Shown here in pieces: positions 38,900 to 51,262 of a DNA stretch of 64,000 nt. A program made the translations under genes and the position numbers. Source of the stretch: Epiperipatus broadwayi (Eukaryota; Animalia; Onychophora); NCBI GenBank assembly GCA_028023455.1, contig JAQFVV010000007.1:9548001-9612000 (forward strand), in the 5' to 3' direction. The notes below the pieces were generated by a model. That model ran no database searches. It was given only the letters and a program-made list of their open reading frames with translations, and was not told where the DNA came from. Position 1 is the stretch's first letter, and each line of letters starts with the position of its first letter.

Positions 38900-41800
38900 C
38901 TCAAAAAGAGATTGCAAAAGACTCGGACATATCAAATTGAGGCCTTCTTTGCATATGGGAGTGTATGTAGTCCTGACTGATAAAAATATGAGTACAAGTC
39001 CCAGATATATGTTTTTATTACAGGCATGAGCTTATTAAACATCCATGCTCTATAGTAATCAAGTGTTCTCTCAAAAATAGCATTCAGTACATAAACTTTC
39101 ACAATGATATACAGCATTTTTGGGCTGAAGGCTTTCATTTTCCTGATAATGTACCCAGTATGAGATGGTTCAATGCATGATTTAATTGTGTTTTAGATAG
39201 ATTAATTCAAATTCCAAGAGAAAATAAAAAGTTATCTGTGAAGAAATATGACAATTTATCACCTGTAGATAGCTGCCACATGGTTGATTTGCATACTTGA
39301 ATTGTGGAATCAGTCAACATTTAGAATTGGTTTACAATAGGCAGAATGAGATGTTCTGAAGGCCTCTGAAGACTATCAGGATATCATCAATAAAAAAAAT
39401 ATGGCCTGGGCAGTAGTTTCAATTTCCTTAATCAAGTGCCTATATAAATTGCAAATAACAATCATTGCTGTGGAATGGCATGACTAGGTTTGAATGATGT
39501 GGATAGATGCATATAATTCTTTGGTTTAATAAATTTATTGGTAAATTAGTTTGAATGGCAATTATCTAGTAACTATTTTCATGCATAAGTTTGTGTAATG
39601 AACTGAATAGATATTAAAAGACTAGATCAAAAGCATTATTACAGCTTGTTGGCATGCAACATAATTTATAAGTTTGTTCTCTTTTTCAAGCAGGATTGAC
39701 TCTTGTACTAAAAGAATAACTTGAGAGATGGTAATCTTTCATTGCATTAGAGTTTTGAAAGATTAAGTACATTCATTTTTTAAAGATTATTCTTGGAAAC
39801 TTTTTTTGATCAATGTCCTCAAGTGTAAGATTCATGTTTATTTACAGAGGAGTCTACTGCATTTGATTTCTTTCTAAGACAAAATATTATATTGGTGGAA
39901 ATATTGGGAATGTTAAGTTTGTTCAAACGTACTGATTGAAAGACTGATGTACGATAAGCTGATTGCAGATATTGGTGGATTAAGGTTTGCTTCTAAAAAG
40001 GTGAGTAGTTCAAGATGAATAATTTCATTGAATATTTCTGCCTTGTAATATAATTTTCTTAAGGAAGACGAACAGTGAATAGTGGGATGATTGACCAACT
40101 GCTTCTAGATTAGATTTTAGGTTCTTCCATGCCAACTTTGTACCTGAAAAAAAAAAGTCATCCTTTGATAAATGGGAATAACAAAGGCATGAGATGGATA
40201 AGATCTTTCATAAGTTACAACAGTTTCACTAGCCTTGAGACACTTGGTATTATTTTTCCTAATTTAAGTGTTATAGTATTCTGGTTATAAAGTTGTGATC
40301 AGATGGTTGCACCATTCTGCAGTTTATGATAGAGGTTTTGCATTGTTTATTTATAAAACAGCTTGAAGAGTTGAATAATATAGACATTGTTTTAGAAGAT
40401 TATTTGAATGATAGCATGTTAATTGATTGGAACAGCAATTGCTTACATTTTTGAAGACTGGCCAAGTTTCAATTAGATAAAGGTTCTATAGCTGATAATA
40501 TTAAAGACCTGCAATGTTTGTTACGAAGTCATCAATGTTTAATTTATCTTGCTTGGAAACCCATTGTTTACACATAAACTTAATTATTGGTATGTTATTT
40601 TGAAATCTATTTAGTTTGAGAAAAATGAGATTAATGAGAGATGATCCTGGGATTCCAACTAACAAACCAGCATCTGGAGAGTACAAGGATGATTATGGCA
40701 GAAGGGCAAATTGATTAAGTTTGAATTGTAATGCAGAATGGTAGCTCATTGCAAAGCAGTGAAAGTTGCCATACAGAATGATTATACCAAATCTGTGCAA
40801 GATTTTCTTCTGGATAATGAGAAATATGCTGGTTATGACTTTTCTTTTCTGGCTTGAATATATTACTATTAGGTGAAATTGCTGCACTTGGTGACTAAAT
40901 CAGAATACAACTGCATTAACAGATGTGTACACTAAGCTTAACATTCTTAAAGGAATGTGTGTACTTATTGGAACCTTTACATCTTAGTTTGTGAATAAAG
41001 AGACTGTTCCTATTTAGAGCACTAATGATATTTGGTCAAGTGGATGAAATTTTTATTTCTGTTAGTATGAATATATCATAGTAGGGATTTTCTAAAAATT
41101 GGCTTAGCTGCGAAATGCTTTTCCATGAGTAGAAAACATTCACATTAATTGTGGCAATGCTTATACTGTGCACATTACATTTTGAAGTGTTGGGTTGCAT
41201 TTAATTACTGATATGCTGGCACTCAGTACATCAGTTCTTTTACTGCATTTAGAAGCAGAAAAGATATGGTCAATTGTATCTCATATATATTTTTATTATC
41301 GTGGTGAAAAATTTTTTGTATATGTGGCATCATAGTGGAAAGTTATAATTGAATCCTATGTGTTACTCTTAGATGAATTCTTCAAATTACATATTCATAG
41401 ATGGTTTTTGTGACAGGATTTAAAGTTATGGGTGCACTGAGCTGATTTAGTATAGTGCTTTTAGTTCTCTAGGCTTGTCATCTGTATTTTGTTCACTTCT
41501 AAGTAGATGTTGTCACTAGACTACACTGAAAAAGCAGAGTGTATGCACATTTGAATGCTTATACCTGAAATGGGAATTGTTAGTAGAGATGACATGTACC
41601 CATGACTTAGGCTTTTTCTTTTTACTACGTAAGTGGTACAGTTTGTTAACTCTGTCACAATCATTGACATTTCACTAAGATATAATAAGATTGAATGTGG
41701 AAGTGTCCACTAATAATGATAGTAATTGGGATGGACCACATAAAAATATAGTGAGGAGGTTTATCTGATGAACAATCCTGCTTTATCTTAGTAGTGGCAT

Positions 41801-42100
41801 TCCATGGGAGTATGTAGGAATTTTGAATAGTATATTAGACATAAGTTTCTTTGATATTAATTGAATTACATCTGCAGTGTTTTTCTATAGACAGCATCTG
41901 TAAAGTCAGGTGGAGCATGCATAATATGGCTATGTATATCCAGATTTGCATTTTTTATGACATAATAAATCTTTTTAAGTTTAGTTGCTTAATACTATTT
42001 TGTGTTCTCTCATTGCTGTTTAATGAAATATTCTAGTCCCATAAAAGACCTGGCTGTGAAGGTAGCAGGAGATTTAAGAGGTTTGATCCTAGTATATTTT
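38900..42100 (-). mobile_element. Very decayed APE-RT LINE (I/Jockey-like)
   Basis: Scattered motif remnants in the expected order on the minus strand: IIISGHF (GDFN-like, ~41710), AGL..I (~40505), QG...S.KLFI (~40030), LYIIVKVYVL....LDY (~39080). Boundaries are approximate. Confidence 0.35.
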
Positions 42101-42939
42101 TGCAGCTTTGATGAACAGTCAAATAATGATGGGCAAGATAATAATAGCTATCGATTGGACAAATTGTAATTTTCTATAATACTGGAATAAATGTGAGGGG
42201 GGGGGGAGCCTGTTTGCAAATTATTTTATGCCACAATAATTTAGCCTTCCAAAAAAAGCGGTCTTAATTTTATCACTTGTGTTATTAAACTTAATATTTT
42301 TAAATCGATAAATTTTGTACTATTACTATTGGCTTTAGAATGAATTTTACAGCTTTTTTTAAATAAAAGGTGCTTATCCTTTATTTGTTCGATCTCCACT
42401 GAATCAAATGTATTTGAGACAGCATTACTATCAAAATTTGACAAATATTTAGATTCATTTATTTTGTGAACCATAAACAACATAAATAGCATTGCTAACC
42501 CATTAGTTTCTCTGTCTGTCATTTCCATTCCTGTATATCAAGCAGCATTTTGTGGACGACATAATTCAAAGTTGATTTAATTCCTATTGTATAGTTTTCT
42601 ATGATATTAGTTTTAATGGTATCTTTTTCAGTAAGTTTTTTGCTAAATCTAGAAACTGGTGTGAAGATGAAAATTGTATAGCAGCGTTACATTTATCCAA
42701 TATTAATTGATTAATCAAGCTTACAAAGAATGGCTCTACATTGGAGTGAAATTATCTGCTTTTGAAGCATATGAGAAACCATGTGATATTGTCACACTAA
42801 TTTTTCTAACAAACCATTTTAGATACCAGCTCATAAATATATAGAAATTGGTCTGAGTCATATCTATTATAACTATGCAAATGAGTTGGTCTTAGTTTAA
42901 AACACTAGTTTTTTTTTTTAATTTCAGGATATTAACTTG

Positions 42940-43333
42940 AATATTTAGTTGCTAAATCGTAAGTGGATTAATTCCAACTTTGAACCCTAGTCTTCATTGA
43001 CGAAAGCAAAATCTAGAAAAGTCTGTAAGATGAAGATATTATATCCCTATATATGAACAAACAGGTGTTACTGATCTCATTGAAAGAATTAAAAGACTGA
43101 AGTGGAGTTGGGCTGGACATATTGTTTGAAGAGATAATAATAGATGGACAATTGAAATCTTAAACTAGAGTCCAAGAGATTGTAAATGATCCAGAAAGAG
43201 ACTATATGTGAGATCGATGGATGAAATAAGAAAGTGTGCAGGGGTGATGTGGAGAAAAGCTAAAGATCCGAGATGGATTGAATTTGGAGAGATCTTCATC
43301 CTGCAATGGATTGATAATGGTTGATGATGATGA
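42940..43333 (+). mobile_element. RTE-clade LINE 3' end
   Basis: QTGVTDLIERIKRLKWSWAGHIV.RDNNRWTIEILN.SPR...W...GEIFILQWID, ending in a (TGA)n tail. Confidence 0.85.
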
Positions 43334-44819
43334 GGTCTGTAGATTATTCAAGATTACAATAGATGATTCTAGAATAAAGTGAAGATGATTGCTTTTGGCA
43401 TTTATAGATGTATGAGGGGAAGAAAACATGAGAGATCTACTTTATTGGATTTTTTACAATCATCATATCGATTATTTAAAACATCTGTACGATAGCTAGT
43501 TATAATAAGCGCAAGTTAAAAAAAAGATACACTAACAGAAAACGTTAGTTTAAAAGTAGAAAATTCTATTTCCCTGGACAATTTTTCTAAGTGTGATTGA
43601 AATTACCGTTATATCAATAAGAAGTGTTTGTTGGTGAATTTTAAGTTTTTGAGTTCTCACTCCTTATTATCAAGTCTAATTCGTATTCTTGTGAATACTG
43701 ACCTAAGACCTTAGCCAGCTGGCGCTATGATTCGTTAATACCGGCAGATGGTAGAGCCATGACCAGGTGTGATCAACATACGTACATTAGAAGACAATTT
43801 ATCACCGAGTATTAATATAATTTTTCCCATCTGCATTGACAAAGTAAATTGTTACTTATTTTAATAAGCTGTTTTTTTCCTTATTTAATCTCCTTTTTAA
43901 TAAACAGAAATAGTTAACGACTCCATGAGGAAATTTTGAAAATTGAAAAAGTTTAAGTTGAAAATCAACCCTTTTCTCATCAATACTGTTTACGTTGTTC
44001 TCTTTAATGTATTTCACTTAAATTATAAGCTATTTATAAATGAAGACATTTAAGAATAGATTTAATAAAAAGAAAAGTCAGGGTTATTATTGTATTTTTT
44101 TGCGCATTGCTTGAATGTTAAATGAGAGGAGAAATCCAAATCTCGTAATGAAGAGTCACTTTTGAAACCTTCAACTTAAGAGTGACTTTCTGAATAATAA
44201 ACTTGACATATTACAAGATAAAAGTCGATTTTAAAAATCTGTCTGATTAATGACATAAAAATTAAATGATATTTTTAAAGAGTTAAGAATAAAGTTAAAA
44301 TTCAAGATTAAAAGGTCGAAAATGGTAACATTAGTGAATCCATCATTCAAAGAATGGAGAAAAGATACAGCTAAAAAATATTTAGATTTTGACAAAAAGA
44401 AAAATGAAAGGTGAATAATAGGCGTTGGTGATCCATAGACAGAGTAAATAAATGAATAATCAAATGATTTATGGCTCTGAAGTTCATAAGTTCGAGCGTC
44501 ATCAAATCACACAGGATGATGGAATAAAAAAGTAGGGGGGATTTTAAAATACTTTATTTTTAACTAGTGTTCATATATCCGCCTTTGATATTTATGACTT
44601 GATGTTCGAATCAAAGTACAACTTACTTTTTTTTTTTTTAAGATTGCAAACAAATTTAAATGTTTTTTTTTAAGGTAACATATAATCAATTAAATATACC
44701 CTCCAATTATTAGTGAGTAAATGGTTGTCTTATTTTTGGCTAGAAAGAAAGAGGAAGGAAAACGATAAAAACTCAGTCTTTGCCTAACCTGGTGAAATTC
44801 TTATCTCCTCCTGTTTTGG

Positions 44820-45006
44820 ACAAAACTCTCCATACAATAGTGCCACTCAGTGCAAGCCAGATTAATCAATGGATGCTAGAAGGCTTGTGCATAAAATTCC
44901 TATCTAGTGCCTACTCATCCAATATCCCCAAACTAGTTTCTAGCATCCATTGAATACTCTTATGAGCAAGCATAAGAAATGGTGATCATGTGATGTTTAG
45001 TGGTTC
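44820..45006. mobile_element. Rearranged family-A (hammerhead) element copy
   Basis: Antisense arm 44820-44944 matches 46810-46935; it then switches to a sense segment ending ttatgagcaagcataagaaatggtgatcatgtg, also present at ~16440. Confidence 0.75.
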
Positions 45007-45249
45007 AAAAGAACAGGACGTTTTTGCCTCGAGATGGATTATTTATACTATCTTATCGTTGTATCTAAACAGGCCTCTTTGACGAATTTATTAATATATT
45101 AATAATGACATTACATTCTGCTGTATTAAAATTAAGTGTTAAAGCCAAGACTTATTTAACATTCACTAGGAAATTATCTGTAAGAGTGTAATCAAAATAT
45201 AAATAAGCTAAAGAAGAAAAAAATGAGAGAGGTTATAAAAGGGTAGTGG

Positions 45250-45960
45250 TAAAGGAAGAATTTTTAAAAAAATGTATATATAAATGAGCAGGAAATTAGA
45301 AGGGCGTCAATTAATAAACAATTTGAGAGGATTGAAGGCAGTTAAGTGAGGAGGAAGCATTCTTTTTGGGAAAGTTAGGTTTAAATACCCTGGTAGTTTT
45401 TTTAAGTAGAAAGGTAGACTTAGATATCAATAAACAACACAGATTCCAATGAGCTGCTTTTAACAAGTTAAAAGTCAGAGTATTTTTTATCATAGGAAAT
45501 AACTCCTCTTATTAGTTAGCTGAAACAGACCTGTTATTTTAACTAATTAAAATGAAACTTGGACACTCCATTGACATAATATAAAAGTATTAGAAAAATT
45601 TCATTTAACGAAGCTCCATAAAATTTTTAAAATACAATGGCAAGATTATAAAATCAATCAATGTTCTTTTAACTTGGATATGATATTGGAGTTCACCATG
45701 GTAAAATGACGCCTTTATTGGGTTGGGCATATAATACAAATGGTTAATGCAAGTCTTCCATAATGAATGTTTTAAGTAAACATGAAGATGGATTTTATAG
45801 TAGACTGTCTCAATTATAATGATTATCTGAGATATTTTTTAAAAAGTGTAATGCCAATTGTTTCTATTTAGAAGATATGGCAGAAAATAGAATATTTTGG
45901 TGAGCTACAATTGGATATGAAGTATTTGAGAAAGATATTTTCTGCTGATGAGCTTACATC
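45250..45960 (+). mobile_element. Decayed RTE-like LINE 3' fragment
   Basis: FKYPGS; AAFNKL; LEKFHL...KIFKIQWQD; RLYWVGHIIQM...LP. Confidence 0.65.
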
Positions 45961-46757
45961 ATGAAATATCAAGTACACCTGGGTCTCGTTTTATGCGGTA
46001 GATAGGTTCCACAGAAAACCCGCATTAAAAAAAATCGCACAAAAATAGACTTAACTTACTTTGAAAAATGGGGGATAGGGTCTGTAATTTTCAGAATTCA
46101 CATAAAAGCAAAGCAACTTTAAAATTCGCATTAAAAAAATAAGAAAATAAAGTATGACTAATAAAAATATCAAATATTTGAAAAAAATTGGTACAAGACA
46201 AACTTTTTTTTTATTAACTACAGTATTTGATTTGACATTTTTTCATACGTATTTTAATCATTATCGCTATTTTCGAGTGTGCAGTTCATTTGTAAACTGG
46301 TAAGAATTCAGATTCGTCGATGTGATGTAGCTTCTTCTTGAACGAAGTCAAGAATCTCAGAGCAATTATGCCCAGAGAAACTTGTTAGCCACTTTATTTT
46401 CCATTCCCCACTCGAATTTTTACCATATTCTGCTCCATCCCATTTACACAACTAATGTCAATTTCAATCTTGTGCTGTGTTAATGGTTTTCTGTTGACAA
46501 ATGATTTTTACTACTGAAATAAATTTTAAATGTTCACATTTTGTTTCTATATTAAAAAAATGAGGTTCACAATTAAAACAAAAAGATTATACATTATTAT
46601 TAGAAATATTATTTTCAGTTTATAAATTCAATAAAATCTTCATTATTTATTTTAAAAGTCTACATTATTTACTTCTGTTATAACTAACAAAATACATTTT
46701 AAAAGTTTAAAATTTTTGAATATTTATTGCGATATTTTTATATATAAGTATAAATCT

Positions 46758-47224
46758 CACATGATCACTATCTCATACTAGCACATAATTGTTATTAAAC
46801 AATTCAAAACAAAGCAAAACTCTTCATACAGAAGTGCCACCTTGTGCTAACAAGAGCAATCAATGGATGCCAGAAGGCTTGTGCATAAAATCCCTATCTA
46901 GTGCCTACTCATCCAATATCCCCAGACTAGTTTCTGGCCTTCGTAAGTGAGGAGCCTTGGATCTGAGAGCACTGCACCTAGATATTGAGTTAAAAGGTGG
47001 CTGCTGGAGGGTTGCATTAGATCCTAAGATCTAGGTGCAGTGCTCTCAGATCCAAGGCTCCTCACTGACGAAGGCCACAAGCCAGAAACTAGTCTGGGAA
47101 TATTGGATGAGTAGGCACTAGATAGGGATTTTATGCACAAGCCTTCTGGCATCCATTGACTGCTCTTGTTAGCACAAGATGGCACTACTGTATGGAGAGT
47201 TTTGCTTTGTTTTGAATTGTTTAG
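46758..47224. mobile_element. Young hammerhead-bearing inverted-repeat element (family A) with a 13-bp TSD
   Basis: ~46796-46983 and ~47030-47223 are near-perfect inverted arms; TAAGTATAAATCT at 46745-46757 and 47225-47237. Confidence 0.9.
47059..47100 (+). ncRNA. Minimal type-I hammerhead ribozyme motif
   Basis: tcctca-CTGACGA-a-ggc(cacaa)gcc-a-GAA-ACTAGT-C-tgggaa: complete core, palindromic stem III, GUC cleavage triplet (C47094), short stem I. There is an A-A mismatch at the base of stem II. Confidence 0.7.
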
Positions 47225-49347
47225 TAAGTATAAATCTACTATTATTATTTAATCATTAGTATAAGTAGGTTATTTATTCTAAATATAGCTTCAGGCCTTA
47301 TTCACGTTAGCTGCTAATATAACATTATATTTTTGAGGAAAAAAAAGAAGTATTTCAAGTCAAAATAAGTTATTAATAATTTAAATTTCTTGATATCTAA
47401 TAAATATGAAAAATATTAAGAACATGAATCGCATAACTTCAAGATCGCATTAAAATAATCTGCAAAAAACGAGACCCAGGTGTAACCAGAAAAATGGATT
47501 TGGGATATTCTATATGTGGATGTATTTTAGTTCACAAATTCATTATACAATCATCTCTTTTTTATATTAGAATGGCCTTACTCACTAACATGTGGCTGTT
47601 CATTATTATATCTTTGAAACATTAAAAATTCTATTATCAATTTTGAAAGTGTGGAGACCTCTCTGAGGCTCAAAGAAATCTTGAATAACATGGATTGTTG
47701 CTTTATTTTTCTCATCTGTTAAAAATTATTTCTAAAGTAATTCCTAGAAATAATTTTGAGAAAAATGGACACTACTTAAGACTGTCAGCAAATAATATAC
47801 AGATATCACCCTTAGCAGTTGTACATTCTTTGGGCAAATATTGTGATCCTGTTTGGAAACAAAGTATTCAACACTGAACTCACGAATATGCATTTAAGTA
47901 TTACAATTAAAAATATCACCAGTTTATTCAAATCTATTTTATTGCAAGTGACCCTGTAATGTCTCATATCCCTCCCCAAGATATCAAAAGGCAATTTGTC
48001 TTGCAGAAAAATGTATAGAAAGCTATGAAATGTGTTAAATTTATCACTAATTCAAGATATAAATTTCATTATCTAAAACATGCCTCAAATTAAAACCCCC
48101 TTGTTCTGATGGTCAATCAAAAATCCCTTCAAATAACTGAAAAATTATGGCATTAAAAATGGCTGTTTGAGATTCCGAAAATTTATTTTTCCAGATCGAA
48201 CAGTAAAGCCAGCTGATTTTTCTTAAACTTACTGAAGTTACATCAGAAGGTTCAATATCACCCTAAATGCTGTATTTATTTGCTTCACAAATGGAATTCA
48301 CCAACCTATGCCTTACATAATTGTGGAGAACTACAAACTATATAATTAATGACTGACAACAATGGCAAAATTGAAGAACTTAATCATCTGTTGATAATTA
48401 TCTGGCTAAAAAAAAATAATAATCAAATGTTAAATAATTTTTAGGTTAATCCTGGTCCAGAAAAAAATTTCCTGAGGCTTTAAGTTGCAAATAGCAAAAT
48501 AACTGTCCAATGTGAAAGCTGACTGCCAATAAGCTGAGCAGCAGTCATTAATAATGGGATGATTTGTCCAATCAGAAAATGAAGACTGTGGTATATGTAC
48601 TTCAAGGAAATGCTACAATCCCTATGACCATAAAAATTTAATGGTGAGAGTTGATTATTATTCAATCAATGTCCAGGTGGTAGGTTAATAACAATAATCT
48701 TCTGATTGAGTGAAAGATCAGTAGTCACAATAGAAGATACTAAGTGGTAAATGAAGTTTTGATGAGTGTATGAAGAGAAAAATACTAAGAAGAAAGCTTT
48801 TATGTGGGATGTTGTGGGAAAAATGATGGGTTTGTAATAGAAATGATAAAAAAGGTAATCTTAGTGGCTATAAAGGATGGAATGAGTTACATGAAATTAA
48901 ACTTGGGCAATGAAAAAAACAGAATGAAAAAGCAGTCGATATAATTATGAGATTCTTTGAACCTGAGAGTTGTAGAGAACACTAATAAATGATTAATGTA
49001 TGTGGACTGATCTGATTTTGAGAATGTTAGAACATCTCTTTGATCACTCTGTTTCAGGAACATTATTATCATCATAGGCTTCAATAGTTTCACTGCCTGT
49101 GATAATATTCATTGACGAAGCATTGAAAGTCTTTTTATTGCAATATTTTTTTTAAAAAACATTTTCACTTATCACTTTATAGCAAGAGATGCTAGAAATA
49201 ATTTAATAAAATGCTACCATGGAACATCACAGCAAATAAATTTAGCATCAACAAAAATTTAACCTCTGCCTATAATGAAAATCTAAAAGTAATAAAATTT
49301 TAATCTCAAAAAATGGATTTTAAAAAATGTCTTTGATCAGACAATAT

Positions 49348-49428
49348 ATTTTTTTTATATGTCAAAGCGTTGACCAGGAAGCGAACCCGGGCTGGCTGCT
49401 TGGAAGGTAGCTACACTAATCACTAGAC
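49348..49428 (-). pseudogene. Retroposed 5'-truncated tRNA-Gly(TCC) with A-tail and 14-bp TSD
   Basis: Minus strand gtctagtgattagtgtagctaccTTCCAagcagccagcccgggttcgcttcctggtcaacgct aligns to metazoan tRNA-Gly(UCC). A-rich tail follows. TGATCAGACAATAT at 49334-49347 and 49429-49442. Confidence 0.85.
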
Positions 49429-49547
49429 TGATCAGACAATATTTTCATTAAGTTTCCCATAATTAATGTTTAAAAAATTTTAAAACATTAAAAAACAACT
49501 TTTTTGTGTGTGGTTTTCTCTAAAACAATGGTGAGCAATCGTAAATA

Positions 49548-50035
49548 GCTCAAAAGATCATTGAAGAATTTTTTGTATCATGGAATTCTCATATCAGAAT
49601 AGAATTTTTTTTTTCAAAGTAAAAATAGATAATCCATCTTTTCATTTTAATCCAGCAATAATTGCACTGGGTCCATAATTTCTCCCACTATTTATATTCC
49701 ACTACTGGATTAAATAAACCAGTCCAAAAGCATAAGAAATTACATTTTTAAATTCTTTATTACATTTTTATTTTATTATACTGGTTATTACTTACATATT
49801 TCAATTGCCATTCCTTAGATTTTTATAAATACCTCAAAGGATCATTGAAGAATTTTTTGGATCATGGAATTCTCACATAAGAATAGGAAATAATTATTTA
49901 TTTTTTTCAAAGTAAAAATGAAATAGAAAATCCATCCGTTTATATTAATTCAGCAGTAATTGTACTAGGTGCATAGTTCCCCCCACTATTTATATCTGCC
50001 ACTACTGGATTGAGTAAACAAATCCAAAAGCAATC
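49548..50035. repeat. Diverged ~200-bp direct duplication
   Basis: ctcaaa(a/g)gatcattgaagaattttt...ccactactggatt..tccaaaagca at ~49548 and ~49833. Confidence 0.75.
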
Positions 50036-51262
50036 CTGCATATGAATAATATATAGTTATTTAATTCTACCATCTTTTAGAAAAGAAAAATTAATCGACC
50101 TTCTGAAAATTATTTGCTATTAAAATGAAATATCGTTTATGATTAGATGAAGAAAATGACTTTGGGCTTTTGATCCATAGTATAATCTTAAACATGCAAA
50201 CAATTATGAACTCTACTGAGTGCAACTTTCACATTAATAAATTTGGTTTTTATTAAATTTGTTAAAATTCTCTTTTCATTTAAATTTTTCTATGACTCTA
50301 TGATATACATAAAATTATGTACACATACCATTTTAAATTATGGTTTGTCATTGCAGGTAATTAAAAATGAGATACTTTCTCTTCCCAGGGATTGATTATT
50401 CAAATGCTTACTAGTAATAAGACGATTTAAAGATTTGGAAGGAAAATCACACATTATTAACTGTACTATCAATGAATGTTGGTTTAATTAAGCTCTAAAT
50501 ATAGTTGACCACCAGTGTTTTGAAAATATTTACTGAAGAATACTCACAATTCATAGCATGTGTGAAAATTTCCTTCCATCTAAATTATGTGCAAATAAAT
50601 TCAAATTATTTCCATAATTATGCATTTCATAAAAAGTAATCAAATGTTTTTATTGCTCATGATATTCTAACACTGAAAGTGACAGCAATATATTTAATGT
50701 GAGAACCTTACATTCCAGAACTTGGCACTATATCCTCAAATGGCATAAAACCACATAAGGCAAGTGTTTCATTATATTTTCTAATTAGTCGAAAAGTTTT
50801 AAGGATCAGACAGGAATTCGGTCAGAGATAAGAGATTACGAATCTAAAGTATTAACTGAAAATTATTTTTAATTATTTTTAAGAATCCATATTTTTATTA
50901 TGGCTTAAATACAATTATGTAAATATTCATACTTCTAAATAACTGATGAATAGCCAAGAGTACTAGAAGTTATTGTGATAAACAGCATCTGCTGGCAACT
51001 AACTACAAATTTAGTAACTCCGTAATCCTTTGCATCCGATAAAAGGATATTCATAAATTCAAGCACTGAAAGTGATAGAACAGAGTATAATCTGTGATTC
51101 TTAATACTAAAGTCAATCAACTCTATCACTGCATTAAACCATATAAGGTATTATAACCAGTTACATGTTGGGATGTTTTTTTATCAACAGTAAGAACCTA
51201 TATATAAATATATATACATATTTTCAAGCAATCTCCAATAAATCATACATATTTACATATAT

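Larger units (their letters stand above)
45976..47482. mobile_element. Second copy of the CACCTGGG MITE, interrupted by the hammerhead inverted-repeat element
   Basis: TA|CACCTGGGTCTCGTTTT ... AAAACGAGACCCAGGTG|TA; the left portion matches 34961-35220. Confidence 0.88.

Noticed and set aside
47700-48700. piggyBac-like remnants (Cys-rich tail, TN.YA-like motif)
   Set aside because: The motifs are weak and in the wrong order for one minus-strand transposase; no TTAA/TIR ends found.
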